From contig BTWA01000027.1 in NCBI GenBank assembly GCA_045863295.1, positions 25,025 through 89,024 of the forward strand: a stretch of DNA of 64,000 nucleotides. The letters run 5' to 3'. A program made the translations under genes and the position numbers. Shown here piece after piece: positions 1-10,420 of this stretch. Position 1 is the stretch's first letter. Every line of letters starts with the position of its first letter. Under the pieces are notes generated by a model. It saw nothing but the letters and a program-made list of their open reading frames with translations, was not told the origin of the DNA and did not search any database. Source of the stretch: Candidatus Hydrogenedentota bacterium. GTDB lineage: Bacteria > Hydrogenedentota > Hydrogenedentia > Hydrogenedentales > SLHB01.

Positions 1-33
1 TGACAACCCCCACATCTGGCGGTATAGTAAACT

Positions 34-2934
34 GTGCGAAGATCGCTCAATTCGAGGACGTTCATGGTCTCGCTCAGGCTACTCTGCCTATATGGATTGT
101 TCGGGATGTCGGCTTTTTCCGATCTCTCGAACGGCTATGTCGAACAGTGGGACTTCCGTCACTATCGTACTCCGGAAACGTTGGGAGACGATCGCATTAC
201 AGACATAGAAGAGTCCGGAGATGGTTCCATCTGGGTCGCTACATGGGGGAGCGGCTTGAGCCATCTCAGAGGAACTGAATGGACCCAGTACAACACCAGT
301 AACGGCCTTCCCGGCGACTGGTTGCGTTGTTTGCTGGCCGATCCTGATGGGAGCATGTGGATCGGAACGGCGGACGGATTAGCCCACATTCGGGACGGAG
401 TTGTAACAGCGTATACTTCCGCCACGATTCCCGAACTCTACGACAACTCCATTCGATCGATGATTCGTTTGGAATCCGGTGCTCTCTGGCTGAGTATCCA
501 AGAGCATCACATCGTACAATTTGAGCCAAATCTACCGGGATCCGGTCGTTGGTCCGTTATTGCGGACCAATCGATTACCCAAGGTGACTCCATCCGCGCC
601 ATGATCGAAGAAGGTCCAGGCCATGTGTGGATTGCCACGGAAAATCAAGGCCTGTTGGAGTTTAACGATGGACAGTGGCAATGGCATGACATTGGCGATG
701 GATTCGGTGCTGGAAGTGACTTGTTTGCCAAGGGCCCGGATGGGCGGTTGCTTGCCTCTTCGGACCATCACGTCTGGCGACTGAACGGGAGTGCATGGGA
801 AATCCTGTATTCGCCGCCGGAAGGTACAACGTGTTTAGGCGTATCAAGCAATGGTAATGCTTATATTGGACTTACATCGGGTTTGGCTCGTGTAGTCGAC
901 GGCAATCTGCTGCGTATGCCGTTAGGCCAAGAAATCGGCGCACCCCATGTGACCTCATTATTGGCCAGCAAGTCCAATATGCTGTGGGTGGGTACTCAAC
1001 AGGGACTTGTGCATGGTGTACTACCCTCATGGAAAAGCTATGCGGAATATGTTGCGGAGAATCTGAACATAGGAACGGCATTGGCAGCCGAAGCCAGTGG
1101 CGACATGATCGTAATGGACGATCAGGGTGATGTATTTGGGTTTGAACTGGCTACGCAGGCCTTTGAGCGGATTGAGATGCAACGGCCGGACGTTGGATCC
1201 GTACAATGGCTCACACGTGATCCGGATGGAACCTACTGGTACTTGACCACAACGCACTTAGTCCATTTTGATCCTCGGCAAAAAGCTGTACTCAGCCAAT
1301 TGCCCCTGCCCGAATCCTCCGATGCCTCCCGGCTGTACCTTGATTCCAAGGGCAACAAATATATATACGGCGGCCGCACCTTCCAAACGACGACTGGAGA
1401 CCACTGGAGGGTTGCCTTCGATGGATTGAGCAGCATAGAAAACCGAGTCACATGCATGGTGGAGAACGCAGACGGTTCCTTCTACGTGGGCACAGACTGG
1501 GGTGCTTATCACTGCCAAGGCGGTCAGGCGATTCCACTCGAATCTATTTATCCGGTTGCCAAAGACGTCCACTTCAAATCAGCCTTTCTTGCCAAAGACG
1601 GATCTAGTTGGCTTGGCACCTACGGTTCTGGGCTGTTGGTGATTGCAGACGGCGGGGTAAGACAGATTACGCGCAAAGACGGACTGTTAAGTGACCACAT
1701 TTCGGCGATCTACGAAGCGTCAGACGGAACGATGTGGATTGGGTACCGTCGCAAGGGTGTGGGTTCATTCAAGGACGGACTATGGTTAAACTATTCCAGT
1801 GAGGATGGCTTGCCAAACGGGTCTGTAGAGACGGTTTGTGAGTTTCCCGCCGGCTCCATATGGGCCGGAACGTCTCGATTTGGACTCTATCGATTTGAAC
1901 CGGATGCCGCCGCCCCTGAAACGGAATTCCTCGGTTTCCCATCTGAAATTCACCACCGCGGCACTGCCGTATATTCATTTGCCGGGCGGGATGCATGGAA
2001 CCGTCAACTAACCAGCAAGCTGGTCTTCTCGTGGCGTCTGGTCTCGTTGGATGGCGACGATCGCGAGGTTCCCTGGTCGCCATTTACTTCAAAATCCACA
2101 ATTGTCTTAAGTGATTTGAATCCTGGCCGTTACTATTTCGAAGTCCGCGCGTCCGATGGTGACCGCAATGTCGATTCCACGCCTTCGGCTCAACTGTTGG
2201 AAGTCCATCCGCCACTTTGGTTCACGCCGGAGTTTCTGGTCCCCGTGTCTCTGTTATCTGTCATGGTCGTTATTTCTCTGGGTATCGGCATGGGCAAGCA
2301 CATAGCCTTACTGAACTCACAGCGCCTGCTCACGGATAGCGAACGGAGCCTGGCTGAGGCGCAGCGAATCGCCCATCTTGGGCATTGGGTGTGGGACGTT
2401 GGCACTGGAGAGGTAACGTGTTCCAACGAGCTTTTGCGCATTCTCGGACTATCCAGAAAGTCCAGCCCGACTACGAGCGACACCTTTCTTGGTGCAGTGC
2501 ATGCCGAGGATCGGCTGCAAGTGGAAGAGGCCGTAAACACATCCATTCGCAAGGGAAATCCAATACGAGTTGACCATCGTGTAATCCAACCCAATGGTGA
2601 GCAACGATTCGTACAGACTCAAGGCGAAGCGATAGTGGACGCTGAAGGCCAGGTCGTACGTTTTCAGGGTACCGTGCTGGACGTAACCGAACGAAAGCGT
2701 GCGGAAGATGAGCGGGAAAAGTTGATCCAGGACTTGCGTCTTGCATTATCCCAAGTGCGTACCTTGCGTGGCCTACTACCCATTTGCACGTCTTGCAAAC
2801 GGATACGGGACGACAAAGGGTACTGGGAGCAGGTTGAAGTGTATTTTCGGGACCACACGGAAATTGATTTTTCTCATAGCATTTGCCCTGAATGCGTCAA
2901 GCGGCTATATCCAACACTGTACAAGGCCGATTGA
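34..2934 (+). CDS. Membrane sensor: two-component-regulator beta-propeller ectodomain + Y_Y_Y-like domain + TM + PAS + C-terminal Cys/His (putative Zn) domain
   Basis: Repeated 'DGSxWxGTxxG' propeller units, 'LNPGRYYFEVRA', TM 'FLVPVSLLSVMVVISLGIGM', PAS ('AQRIAHLGHW..VHAEDR..DVTERK'), tail 'LLPICTSCKRIRDDKGYW..FSHSICPEC'. Confidence 0.8.
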   Translation: MRRSLNSRTFMVSLRLLCLYGLFGMSAFSDLSNGYVEQWDFRHYRTPETLGDDRITDIEESGDGSIWVATWGSGLSHLRGTEWTQYNTSNGLPGDWLRCLLADPDGSMWIGTADGLAHIRDGVVTAYTSATIPELYDNSIRSMIRLESGALWLSIQEHHIVQFEPNLPGSGRWSVIADQSITQGDSIRAMIEEGPGHVWIATENQGLLEFNDGQWQWHDIGDGFGAGSDLFAKGPDGRLLASSDHHVWRLNGSAWEILYSPPEGTTCLGVSSNGNAYIGLTSGLARVVDGNLLRMPLGQEIGAPHVTSLLASKSNMLWVGTQQGLVHGVLPSWKSYAEYVAENLNIGTALAAEASGDMIVMDDQGDVFGFELATQAFERIEMQRPDVGSVQWLTRDPDGTYWYLTTTHLVHFDPRQKAVLSQLPLPESSDASRLYLDSKGNKYIYGGRTFQTTTGDHWRVAFDGLSSIENRVTCMVENADGSFYVGTDWGAYHCQGGQAIPLESIYPVAKDVHFKSAFLAKDGSSWLGTYGSGLLVIADGGVRQITRKDGLLSDHISAIYEASDGTMWIGYRRKGVGSFKDGLWLNYSSEDGLPNGSVETVCEFPAGSIWAGTSRFGLYRFEPDAAAPETEFLGFPSEIHHRGTAVYSFAGRDAWNRQLTSKLVFSWRLVSLDGDDREVPWSPFTSKSTIVLSDLNPGRYYFEVRASDGDRNVDSTPSAQLLEVHPPLWFTPEFLVPVSLLSVMVVISLGIGMGKHIALLNSQRLLTDSERSLAEAQRIAHLGHWVWDVGTGEVTCSNELLRILGLSRKSSPTTSDTFLGAVHAEDRLQVEEAVNTSIRKGNPIRVDHRVIQPNGEQRFVQTQGEAIVDAEGQVVRFQGTVLDVTERKRAEDEREKLIQDLRLALSQVRTLRGLLPICTSCKRIRDDKGYWEQVEVYFRDHTEIDFSHSICPECVKRLYPTLYKAD

Positions 2935-2996
2935 GGAGGCACTTCACGTGTCTCCCGCTCGTTGAACCCGACCCACGTAAGCGATATGATCTTTGT

Positions 2997-3689
2997 ATGA
3001 AAATTCTGGCTCTGGACACTTCGACTTCCATTCTATCCGCGGCGGTTTGCCATGACGACGCAATATGGGCCGAGTACACAATCGATTGTGGAAGGACTCA
3101 CGCCGAACGGGCCATTGACTTCCTGGACATCCTGTTGTGCGACGCGGGACTGAAGCTTGCCGATTTGGACGCTTTAGCGGTATCGCACGGCCCCGGATCC
3201 TTTACAGGAGTTCGGGTCGGCGTCTCCCTGTGTAAAGGTCTGGCATTGGCCAACGGACTACCGCTGTACGGGGTTCCCACGTTGGATGCCATGGCGCGTG
3301 GTTTCGGGTTAGGGTCCGGTTCGCTGTGTGTGATGTTGGACGCAAAGATGAGCGAAGTGTTTGGGGCCGCATTTCGCTTCGACGGCAGCACGCGGGTAAA
3401 GACCTGCACCGACCAGGCCGTCGCGCCGGAACGTTTGGCCGGGCAAATGAAACCCGGCACGGTGTTCATGGGCGACGGTGCGGTTTTATATGCCGAACAG
3501 ATACGGGAAGCGTGTTCCGAAGCCGTCGTATTGCCAATGGGATTGTCCATTCCCAGGGCGTCCATGGTGGGATTTGAGGCGATTGAAATGGCACGAAACG
3601 GGGATCCAGGGGATGCCGCGGCCGTAGCTCCGGTCTACTTACGCCCATCTCAGGCTGAACAACTATACTCCCGGATGGGCAAGCAGTGA
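2997..3689 (+). CDS. tsaB: tRNA t6A biosynthesis protein TsaB
   Basis: MKILALDTS, GPGSFTGVRVG, C-terminal PVYLR; start moved to ATG 2997; followed by rimI. Confidence 0.92.
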   Translation: MKILALDTSTSILSAAVCHDDAIWAEYTIDCGRTHAERAIDFLDILLCDAGLKLADLDALAVSHGPGSFTGVRVGVSLCKGLALANGLPLYGVPTLDAMARGFGLGSGSLCVMLDAKMSEVFGAAFRFDGSTRVKTCTDQAVAPERLAGQMKPGTVFMGDGAVLYAEQIREACSEAVVLPMGLSIPRASMVGFEAIEMARNGDPGDAAAVAPVYLRPSQAEQLYSRMGKQ

Positions 3690-4147
3690 CGATCATGCAG
3701 GATAGTCTACTTGAGTTTGAACCGATTGAGTTGAAGCACCTCGATGCGATTATGCTTATTGAGCCCGAGGCGTATCCTGAACCCTGGACCGAGGCTATGT
3801 TTCGTGACGAAATTCGCGGAAACCGGTCGTACTTCTATGTTGTCAATTTGGGACCGGAACTCATTGGATACGGAGGGTTTTGGCTGGTCGTTGACGAAGC
3901 GCACATTACCAGTGTGACGATCCGGAACGATCTGCGAGGCCGCGGCTACGGCCGGTGCCTGCTTGCGTACCTGTTGGAGGTTGCGGTAAAAGTAGGGGCT
4001 GAAGTGGCTACCCTGGAAGTGCGGACCTCGAATGCGGTGGCGCGCGAGTTGTATGCCAGTATGGGGTTTCGGGTTGCAGGCTTGCGGAAGAAGTACTATC
4101 CCAAAAGCAACGAAGACGCGATTATTATGACCAAGGAATTGGCCTAG
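3686..4147 (+). CDS. rimI: Ribosomal-protein-alanine N-acetyltransferase RimI
   Basis: GNAT motifs RGRGYG, LEVRTSN, RKKYY, EDAIIM; overlaps tsaB stop. Confidence 0.9.
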   Translation: MTIMQDSLLEFEPIELKHLDAIMLIEPEAYPEPWTEAMFRDEIRGNRSYFYVVNLGPELIGYGGFWLVVDEAHITSVTIRNDLRGRGYGRCLLAYLLEVAVKVGAEVATLEVRTSNAVARELYASMGFRVAGLRKKYYPKSNEDAIIMTKELA

Positions 4148-4345
4148 TCCCGATTTTTCACAACGACGTGTGAATGATTGCGTAGCTTGATCCGAACTGC
4201 TGGAAGTGTGATAAAGGATTTATGTGCACTATGCGCCTATTAAGTGCAGCAAGAAATCCTTTGCAAACGATGACACATCGCGCACGCTTTGAGCGTGGCA
4301 AACCAAAAGGGCCGGCCAGAGGCGGAAAGGTGCGATCGCAGTAGC

Positions 4346-6949
4346 ATGAGCATCGAACAAGGCGGATCGCCTTTAGCAGGGAATTCTTACGGTGTTCCGC
4401 TCGGCGGCGTGGGTGCAGGCTGTATTGAAATGGGCCGGGATGCCCGCTTTCGCAATATCACCATTAACAACAATCGCACATCCGCCACACGCATCCCCAT
4501 TTCTGAGGGCGCGTTTCTGGCGGTTCGGGCGGCGCGTCGCGGCCGGGTCGTGACCCGTATACTTCAATCGGCAACGGGACTCCCGTTTGCTGAAGCGGGA
4601 ATTTCGCCATCGTACGTTCCGCCGGAGCAATTGAACTGGCGCGGACTCTATCCTGCCTCCAACTATCGCATGGACGATCCGCAATTCCCGCTCGAAGTCA
4701 GTTGGACTGCCATGTCGCCCATTATTCCTTATGACCACGAAGCTTCCACGTTGCCACTGGTATATATCACCGTGTACGTCAAGAATTTGACTGAACATCA
4801 CGTGGATGTGTCGACAGTAATGAATTGGGAGAATTTGTGCGGTTGTACTGCAGGGCATTTTCCGGAAAAGCGCGGCCCTATTCGCCCCGTACTATTGAGC
4901 GAAAAGGCGGATAAGAAAACGCTAAGTGTTGAAGAAGATGATGAGGCGGGCAACGATCAGTCCAGTCCGCGGAAGCTTTCCGGACTCGATTTTGGTTTTC
5001 GTAGCGAGTATCGCACGAACGCCGAGGGTAACTTTTGTCTGGTGGCAAAACAGCAGCAGGACGTTGACATCAGCATCCTGAGTTGGAACGAACGAAATTC
5101 CAGAGAGCTCGATGTATTCTGGGAACAATTCTACTACCAAGGGAAGTTGTCCAACCAGCGATCCCGGAGTGAAGTGAGCCACAGCGGCAGTGTGTGTTGC
5201 AACGGATCCATTCCACCCGGAAAAGGCCGCAGTTTCCTGTACGTACTCGCGTGGTACACGCCGCGATTCGTGGTGGATGGGGTGGATGTGGGGAATGGCT
5301 ATACGAATCGTTTTCCCCACGCGGTGGCCATCGCGGATTTTGGACTAACCTATTACCGATACTATTTTCAGTCGGTTGAAGATTGGCAAAACCGCATCCT
5401 GACTTCGTCGCTCCCGCGCTGGTTCAACAAGATGCTGATCAATAGCGCGTCGCCGTTGTCTACAAATACGTACTTTACCAAAGAAAACAACTTTCTGATG
5501 ATGGAGACACCAGAAGATCCGCGTGTTGCGGTCGTGGATCGAAGGCTTCCGGCGTCGTTGGGTTCGGTTCTCTTTTTTCCCCAATTCGAGGAATCGGAAC
5601 TGGCACTAATTGCTAAAGCGAAGGATCCAAAAGATCCAGGCCGGATCTTTCGCACTCTGGGCCGGGGCCACCATCAAAGGCCGGAACACGCCTCGTGTGA
5701 TGGGGCAATCGAATCCAACCTGAACTTTGTACTGGCCGCGTGCCGCAATTATGCAATGACGGGCCGTCGGTTTATCCTTGATCACATCCTGCCGAGAATG
5801 GCGGAAGCGATGGCGTACGTTGTTCAGATGGATCACAATAAGGACGGTTTACCCGACGCCGAGGGATTGGCGACGACTTATGAAGATTGGCCAGTATCCG
5901 GCGCCAATTGCTATACAAGCGGCCTGTGGATTGCCGCATTGCGCTCATACTCGCAGCTCTGCAAAAAGGTGGGCCAGAAAGAGGAAGCGGACAAGTATTC
6001 GGAGATCCTAACCAAGGCCATTGATTCATACGAACGAACGTTTTGGAATGACGCGGACGGATATTACAAATATCTTGGCGATTCATTGGATTCGCCAGAC
6101 TTGGCATCGGCATGTCATGCGGCGCAACTGGCCGGTCAATGGTATTCGGATTTTCTGTGCACAGGCTGCTTATTTGATCCCGGACATGTTGAGCGAGCGC
6201 TTGGTGCAATCTGCAAGGTGAATGAGAATCGCAACGGGGTTGCCTCGCTTGCCCATCCGGTACCTGACTCGGCGCAAGCAATCGGTACCGGTTTTGGGAT
6301 GAACAGTTGGCCCAACTACGACGCCGTGATCTTAAGCGCCTTGCTCATTCGGCACGGATATGTCGACCGCGGTCTTTATGTAATCCAAAAGATGTACAAG
6401 AATGTCCATGGCCGCCGGGGGCGGACATACAGCCAGCCACTGAATTGGGACTTGGCCAAGAACGATGTCACAGGCTGGGGCGCGGATCGCCATATGGGGG
6501 GGACTTCGATCTGGCACGTGGTTTATTCGCTGCTGGGATTCTATCTCAATGTGGCCGATGGTGTTCTGTGGGTGAGACCCAAACTTCCCACCGGCGTCAA
6601 TTCTATCAATGTGCCTCTTTTTACGCCGGTCTGCCTCGGTAGAATGAGGTTTAGTGAAGACGATGAGCACGGCTATCGAATGCGTATGACCATTTCATTC
6701 GATAGCCCCATTACACTCAAATGCATCGCTGTCGGCGTCCCCATGGAAGTGGAGGATGCGCACGTGATTTGCGAGAGTAACGAGGGTAAGGAAGAGGTAA
6801 AGTCGACATTCGCGGTGGATGGCCGCGACAAAGTGGTCGAGATTCTGCCCAGTAAGCCGCTGCAGGTGGGATTGCAGCTGAACATATTTATTCAGCAGAC
6901 CAAGGGAAAGCGATTTCAGTTTCCCAAGAAGTCCACGGCGAACGCATGA
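4346..6949 (+). CDS. GH116-family (GBA2-like) glycoside hydrolase homolog, divergent
   Basis: GVPLGGVGAG, SPIIPYDHEASTLP, 'D.NKDGLPD', QLAGQWY; several active-site motifs altered. Confidence 0.8.
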   Translation: MSIEQGGSPLAGNSYGVPLGGVGAGCIEMGRDARFRNITINNNRTSATRIPISEGAFLAVRAARRGRVVTRILQSATGLPFAEAGISPSYVPPEQLNWRGLYPASNYRMDDPQFPLEVSWTAMSPIIPYDHEASTLPLVYITVYVKNLTEHHVDVSTVMNWENLCGCTAGHFPEKRGPIRPVLLSEKADKKTLSVEEDDEAGNDQSSPRKLSGLDFGFRSEYRTNAEGNFCLVAKQQQDVDISILSWNERNSRELDVFWEQFYYQGKLSNQRSRSEVSHSGSVCCNGSIPPGKGRSFLYVLAWYTPRFVVDGVDVGNGYTNRFPHAVAIADFGLTYYRYYFQSVEDWQNRILTSSLPRWFNKMLINSASPLSTNTYFTKENNFLMMETPEDPRVAVVDRRLPASLGSVLFFPQFEESELALIAKAKDPKDPGRIFRTLGRGHHQRPEHASCDGAIESNLNFVLAACRNYAMTGRRFILDHILPRMAEAMAYVVQMDHNKDGLPDAEGLATTYEDWPVSGANCYTSGLWIAALRSYSQLCKKVGQKEEADKYSEILTKAIDSYERTFWNDADGYYKYLGDSLDSPDLASACHAAQLAGQWYSDFLCTGCLFDPGHVERALGAICKVNENRNGVASLAHPVPDSAQAIGTGFGMNSWPNYDAVILSALLIRHGYVDRGLYVIQKMYKNVHGRRGRTYSQPLNWDLAKNDVTGWGADRHMGGTSIWHVVYSLLGFYLNVADGVLWVRPKLPTGVNSINVPLFTPVCLGRMRFSEDDEHGYRMRMTISFDSPITLKCIAVGVPMEVEDAHVICESNEGKEEVKSTFAVDGRDKVVEILPSKPLQVGLQLNIFIQQTKGKRFQFPKKSTANA

Positions 6950-7542
6950 AGATCATTGGGTTGACCGGTGGTATCGGCAGTGGCAAATCCGAGGCCGCCA
7001 GACGATTCGACGCTTACGGTATTCCTGTGATCGATGCCGACGCTATTGGGCATGCGCTGCTCCGGCCAGGAAGCCCCGTGGAATCTGAGTTGCTCCGAAT
7101 CTTTGGGGTCGATATTATTGTGAACGGGGCTATTGATCGAGGAAAGATTGCGGAAATCGTATTTCGTGATGCCAATGTGCGTGCCGACTTAAACCGGTTG
7201 GTTCACCCACTGATTGTTTCGGAGGTTGCCCGGCGGTGCACTGAATTGTCGGATCAAGGTAAACCGCGCGCTATTGTGGAGGCTGCACTGCTTGGTGAGG
7301 CAGGCGTTCGGGAACCCTACTTGGATGGTCTTATACTTGTCCTCGCACCCGAGCCGGTTCGCGTAAGCCGTTTAGTGGAACGGCGGGGGATGACGGCCAA
7401 GGATGCCCGGTTGCGCGTGGCCGCGCAGCAGCCGCCTGAAAACAAACTTGCGATAGCCGACTGGGTCATTCACAATGACGCAGACTTGCCACATCTTCAT
7501 CGACAAGTGGATACCATCATTCGCGAATGGGCAAACGTCTAG
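6946..7542 (+). CDS. coaE: Dephospho-CoA kinase
   Basis: IGLTGGIGSGKS, IDADAI, IDRGKI, VHPLI motifs. Confidence 0.93.
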   Translation: MKIIGLTGGIGSGKSEAARRFDAYGIPVIDADAIGHALLRPGSPVESELLRIFGVDIIVNGAIDRGKIAEIVFRDANVRADLNRLVHPLIVSEVARRCTELSDQGKPRAIVEAALLGEAGVREPYLDGLILVLAPEPVRVSRLVERRGMTAKDARLRVAAQQPPENKLAIADWVIHNDADLPHLHRQVDTIIREWANV

Positions 7543-7596
7543 ATCTCATTTTGGGAAAGCGAGGCACGTATTCATCGCACGATTCTGAAATATACC

Positions 7597-8649
7597 GTGC
7601 AAGGCTTGATTGGTCTTGCGGTGGGTTTTCTGCTCATTTGGTTTCTGTTGCGCGGGATATCTTGGGAAGAACTCAAGTCATCGGTCACAGGGGTCAGCGT
7701 GGGATGGCTTTTGCTCGCGCAGATTCCTATTTGGCTCAGCTTCTTCACGCGTATTTTGCGCTGGAGCTATATTGTCAGGGCGGTACATCCGGCGTCATTT
7801 CGAAGCATGTTCAGCGCGACTCAATTGGCATTTCTCGCGAATTTCACCATTGCCATGCGAATAGGGGAGTTCGTGCGGGCACTTGTGCTGAGCCGCCTGG
7901 CGGGAATTAGTTTCTCCAAGAGTCTTGCTCTGGGCGCGCTGGATCGCGTAACGGACCTGATTGGTTTAATGGCCGTCATGCTGGTCACTGTTGCGGCGTT
8001 CCGGCCGACGGACGATATTATCCTTCCGGAAGGGCTTTTCGGATTCGAGAAACTCCCGCCGATTCGTGCCGGACTCATACAATCCACTGGGGCCGCCGTA
8101 GCAGTTGGTCTGGTGGGATTGTTGTTCGTGCTTGTCATGCTCTATGTGAATCAGAAACTCGTCATTCGAGTTACGCGCGCCGTTGTGGGAAGAGTCTCCA
8201 GCAGGATTGCGGACTGGGTATGCCATCTTTTCGAGCAATTTGCCCAAGGGCTCCATGTCTTCCGTTCCGTGGGAGATATGGCCAAGTCTACTGCGTATTC
8301 GTTAGTCACGTGGTCGTTCTTTATGTTGGCGCTCTATTTCACACTCAACGCGTTTCACATTTCCTATCCTTGGTACGGACCATTCGTAATTCAATCCCTG
8401 TTGGCTTTGGCGGTAAGCGCGCCCATCGCCCCAGGGATGTTGGGCCAATTTCACCTTCCTCTCGTTGCCGGCATCATCATCGTTTCGCCTGATACCCCCA
8501 TTACGGACGCAACCGCGCTCGCAATTGTGACGCATCTCACCAACCTCTTTCCGGTAATCATTCTCGGAATACTCTCGATCATGATGGAAGGGGTAGGGAT
8601 TTTGAAGTTTCGTAGTTCGACCGACACCTCCAACGAAGAGGCCCGCTAG
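7597..8649 (+). CDS. Lysylphosphatidylglycerol synthase TM-domain / flippase-like membrane protein
   Basis: Multi-TM; R..RW, 'RIGEFVRA', 'DRVTD', 'PIAPGMLGQFH' motifs. Confidence 0.8.
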   Translation: MQGLIGLAVGFLLIWFLLRGISWEELKSSVTGVSVGWLLLAQIPIWLSFFTRILRWSYIVRAVHPASFRSMFSATQLAFLANFTIAMRIGEFVRALVLSRLAGISFSKSLALGALDRVTDLIGLMAVMLVTVAAFRPTDDIILPEGLFGFEKLPPIRAGLIQSTGAAVAVGLVGLLFVLVMLYVNQKLVIRVTRAVVGRVSSRIADWVCHLFEQFAQGLHVFRSVGDMAKSTAYSLVTWSFFMLALYFTLNAFHISYPWYGPFVIQSLLALAVSAPIAPGMLGQFHLPLVAGIIIVSPDTPITDATALAIVTHLTNLFPVIILGILSIMMEGVGILKFRSSTDTSNEEAR

Positions 8650-8654
8650 TCCCA

Positions 8655-9452
8655 TTACTGCGACAGAAACCGGGCTGCGATTTGTTTTGATTCTTCGTCA
8701 CGTCGAATGCCCAGCCGTGTGAGGGCGAAATCGTAGCGGACCGGGTCCTCCGGCGCGAGGGTTCGAAATACCTGCGTGATTTCCAAGGCTGTTTTTCCAT
8801 CAGCGGATTTTCTGTGGGTTATATTCAGTGCACGCGCAATCCGATGCATGTGTGTATCCACCGGGACGAGAAGCAGGGAGGGAGAGACGCTTTGCCAGAC
8901 GCCGGGATCGACCGCGTCATGTCGAATCATCCAACGGAAGTACATGTGCAACCGTTTGCAGGCGCTACCTTGTGCAGGATCGGGTAAGAGATAGTTCTTC
9001 TTACGCCGGTCACAGGATCGCAATCGTGTGGCAAACCGTTCAGCCGCATTGAGCAAGTCGGTATCCGATGGCCGCAGTTGATCGGCGAAGCATGCGCCAA
9101 GGGACCCGTATTGGACCAGAGCGCCGCGCATGCCCAATAGCAATGGCACCAGGTCGTCGCAATTTGTGTATCTGTGTTGAAACTCGCGCAGCAGACGGTG
9201 CATGGCATTCGGCGGTTCCAACATCACAAAGTCGCGAGGTGAACCGATTTTTTGGAACAATCCCTCCAGGGTGCGTAGAATCTGTCCCACATTGCCGAAG
9301 GCCAGCGAAGACGCCATTAGCCCGGCCACCTCTCGATCTTCAGGTGATGTGAACCAGTAGACCGCTTCCAGTGGATCCGGGTGGATATAGCGTGAGTCAT
9401 TGTATTGCCAGTACAGCGATTCCAGGCGTTCTCTAAGGTGCTCGAAGGACAT
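8655..9452 (-). CDS. TIGR02757-family (HhH-GPD-like) protein
   Basis: 'IHPDP', 'SACKRLHMYFRWMIR..VDPGVW', 'PVDTH', 'EDPVRYDFAL'; start trimmed to MSFEHL. Confidence 0.85.
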   Translation of the reverse strand: MSFEHLRERLESLYWQYNDSRYIHPDPLEAVYWFTSPEDREVAGLMASSLAFGNVGQILRTLEGLFQKIGSPRDFVMLEPPNAMHRLLREFQHRYTNCDDLVPLLLGMRGALVQYGSLGACFADQLRPSDTDLLNAAERFATRLRSCDRRKKNYLLPDPAQGSACKRLHMYFRWMIRHDAVDPGVWQSVSPSLLLVPVDTHMHRIARALNITHRKSADGKTALEITQVFRTLAPEDPVRYDFALTRLGIRRDEESKQIAARFLSQ

Positions 9453-9519
9453 ATGCAACATTCTACAGTCTCGGCAGGGCACAATACCTCTGCCGCAATC
9501 GTGAAATGCTGAGGGTGCT

Positions 9520-10374
9520 ATGAACGCCACAGGGAGATCGATACTAGTTACCGGCGCTTCAACCGGCATAGGAGCTGCCTGTGCACTGCGATTCGACGGA
9601 CAAGGGTATCGCGTTTTTGCCGGAGTCCGAAACGAGGCGGACGCGGATTCGCTACGATCCCGGGCGTCTAACCGGCTTGTGCCGGTACTTTTGGATGTGA
9701 CGGACTTGGAATCGGTAGCGTTCGCGGCAACTCAGATCGACGAATGCTTGGATGGTGGCGGATTGTTTGGCCTGGTCAATAATGCGGGAATCACGGTAAA
9801 TGCACCCATGGAATTTGTGCCTATCGACATTCTACGCAGGCAAATTGAGGTGAATTTTATCGGTCAGGTGGCCGTGACTCAGGCGATTTTGCCCATGCTT
9901 CGCCGAGTGCGAGGGCGTATCGTAAACATGGGATCGATCGCGGGCCGTGTATCCCTCATATTTGGAGGTCCCTACAGCGCCTCCAAATTTGCGCTCGAGG
10001 CGTTCACTGATGCCTTGAGGATGGAACTTTCACCCTGGGGTATGCACGTTGCCATTGTGGAGCCCGGCCCAATTGCCACACGCATATGGGATAAGGGAAT
10101 GCGACAGGCCGAGACGCTCATCGATTCCATGCCGCCACAGGCTCGCGAGTTCTATGGTCACCTTATTCCGAAGATGATGGCAACGGTGAAGAAGACGGCC
10201 GAATCGGCCGTTGCCCCAGAGGTTGTCGTCGCCAAGGTCGAACACGCGCTTACCAGTAAGCGGCCGCGCACTCGGTACCTCGTCGGCCCCAACACTGGAA
10301 TGCACTTGATGCTAAGCCGGCTTCCGGATCGCTGGAAAGACATTGTTGTTCACATGTATTTAAACCGCCAGTAG
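9520..10374 (+). CDS. SDR family oxidoreductase
   Basis: TGASTGIG, NNAG, YSASK. Confidence 0.92.
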   Translation: MNATGRSILVTGASTGIGAACALRFDGQGYRVFAGVRNEADADSLRSRASNRLVPVLLDVTDLESVAFAATQIDECLDGGGLFGLVNNAGITVNAPMEFVPIDILRRQIEVNFIGQVAVTQAILPMLRRVRGRIVNMGSIAGRVSLIFGGPYSASKFALEAFTDALRMELSPWGMHVAIVEPGPIATRIWDKGMRQAETLIDSMPPQAREFYGHLIPKMMATVKKTAESAVAPEVVVAKVEHALTSKRPRTRYLVGPNTGMHLMLSRLPDRWKDIVVHMYLNRQ

Positions 10375-10420
10375 GTGCGTTTGCCGCTTGAGGTCCTTTG
10401 CCAGCGATTCATTGGGTCGT

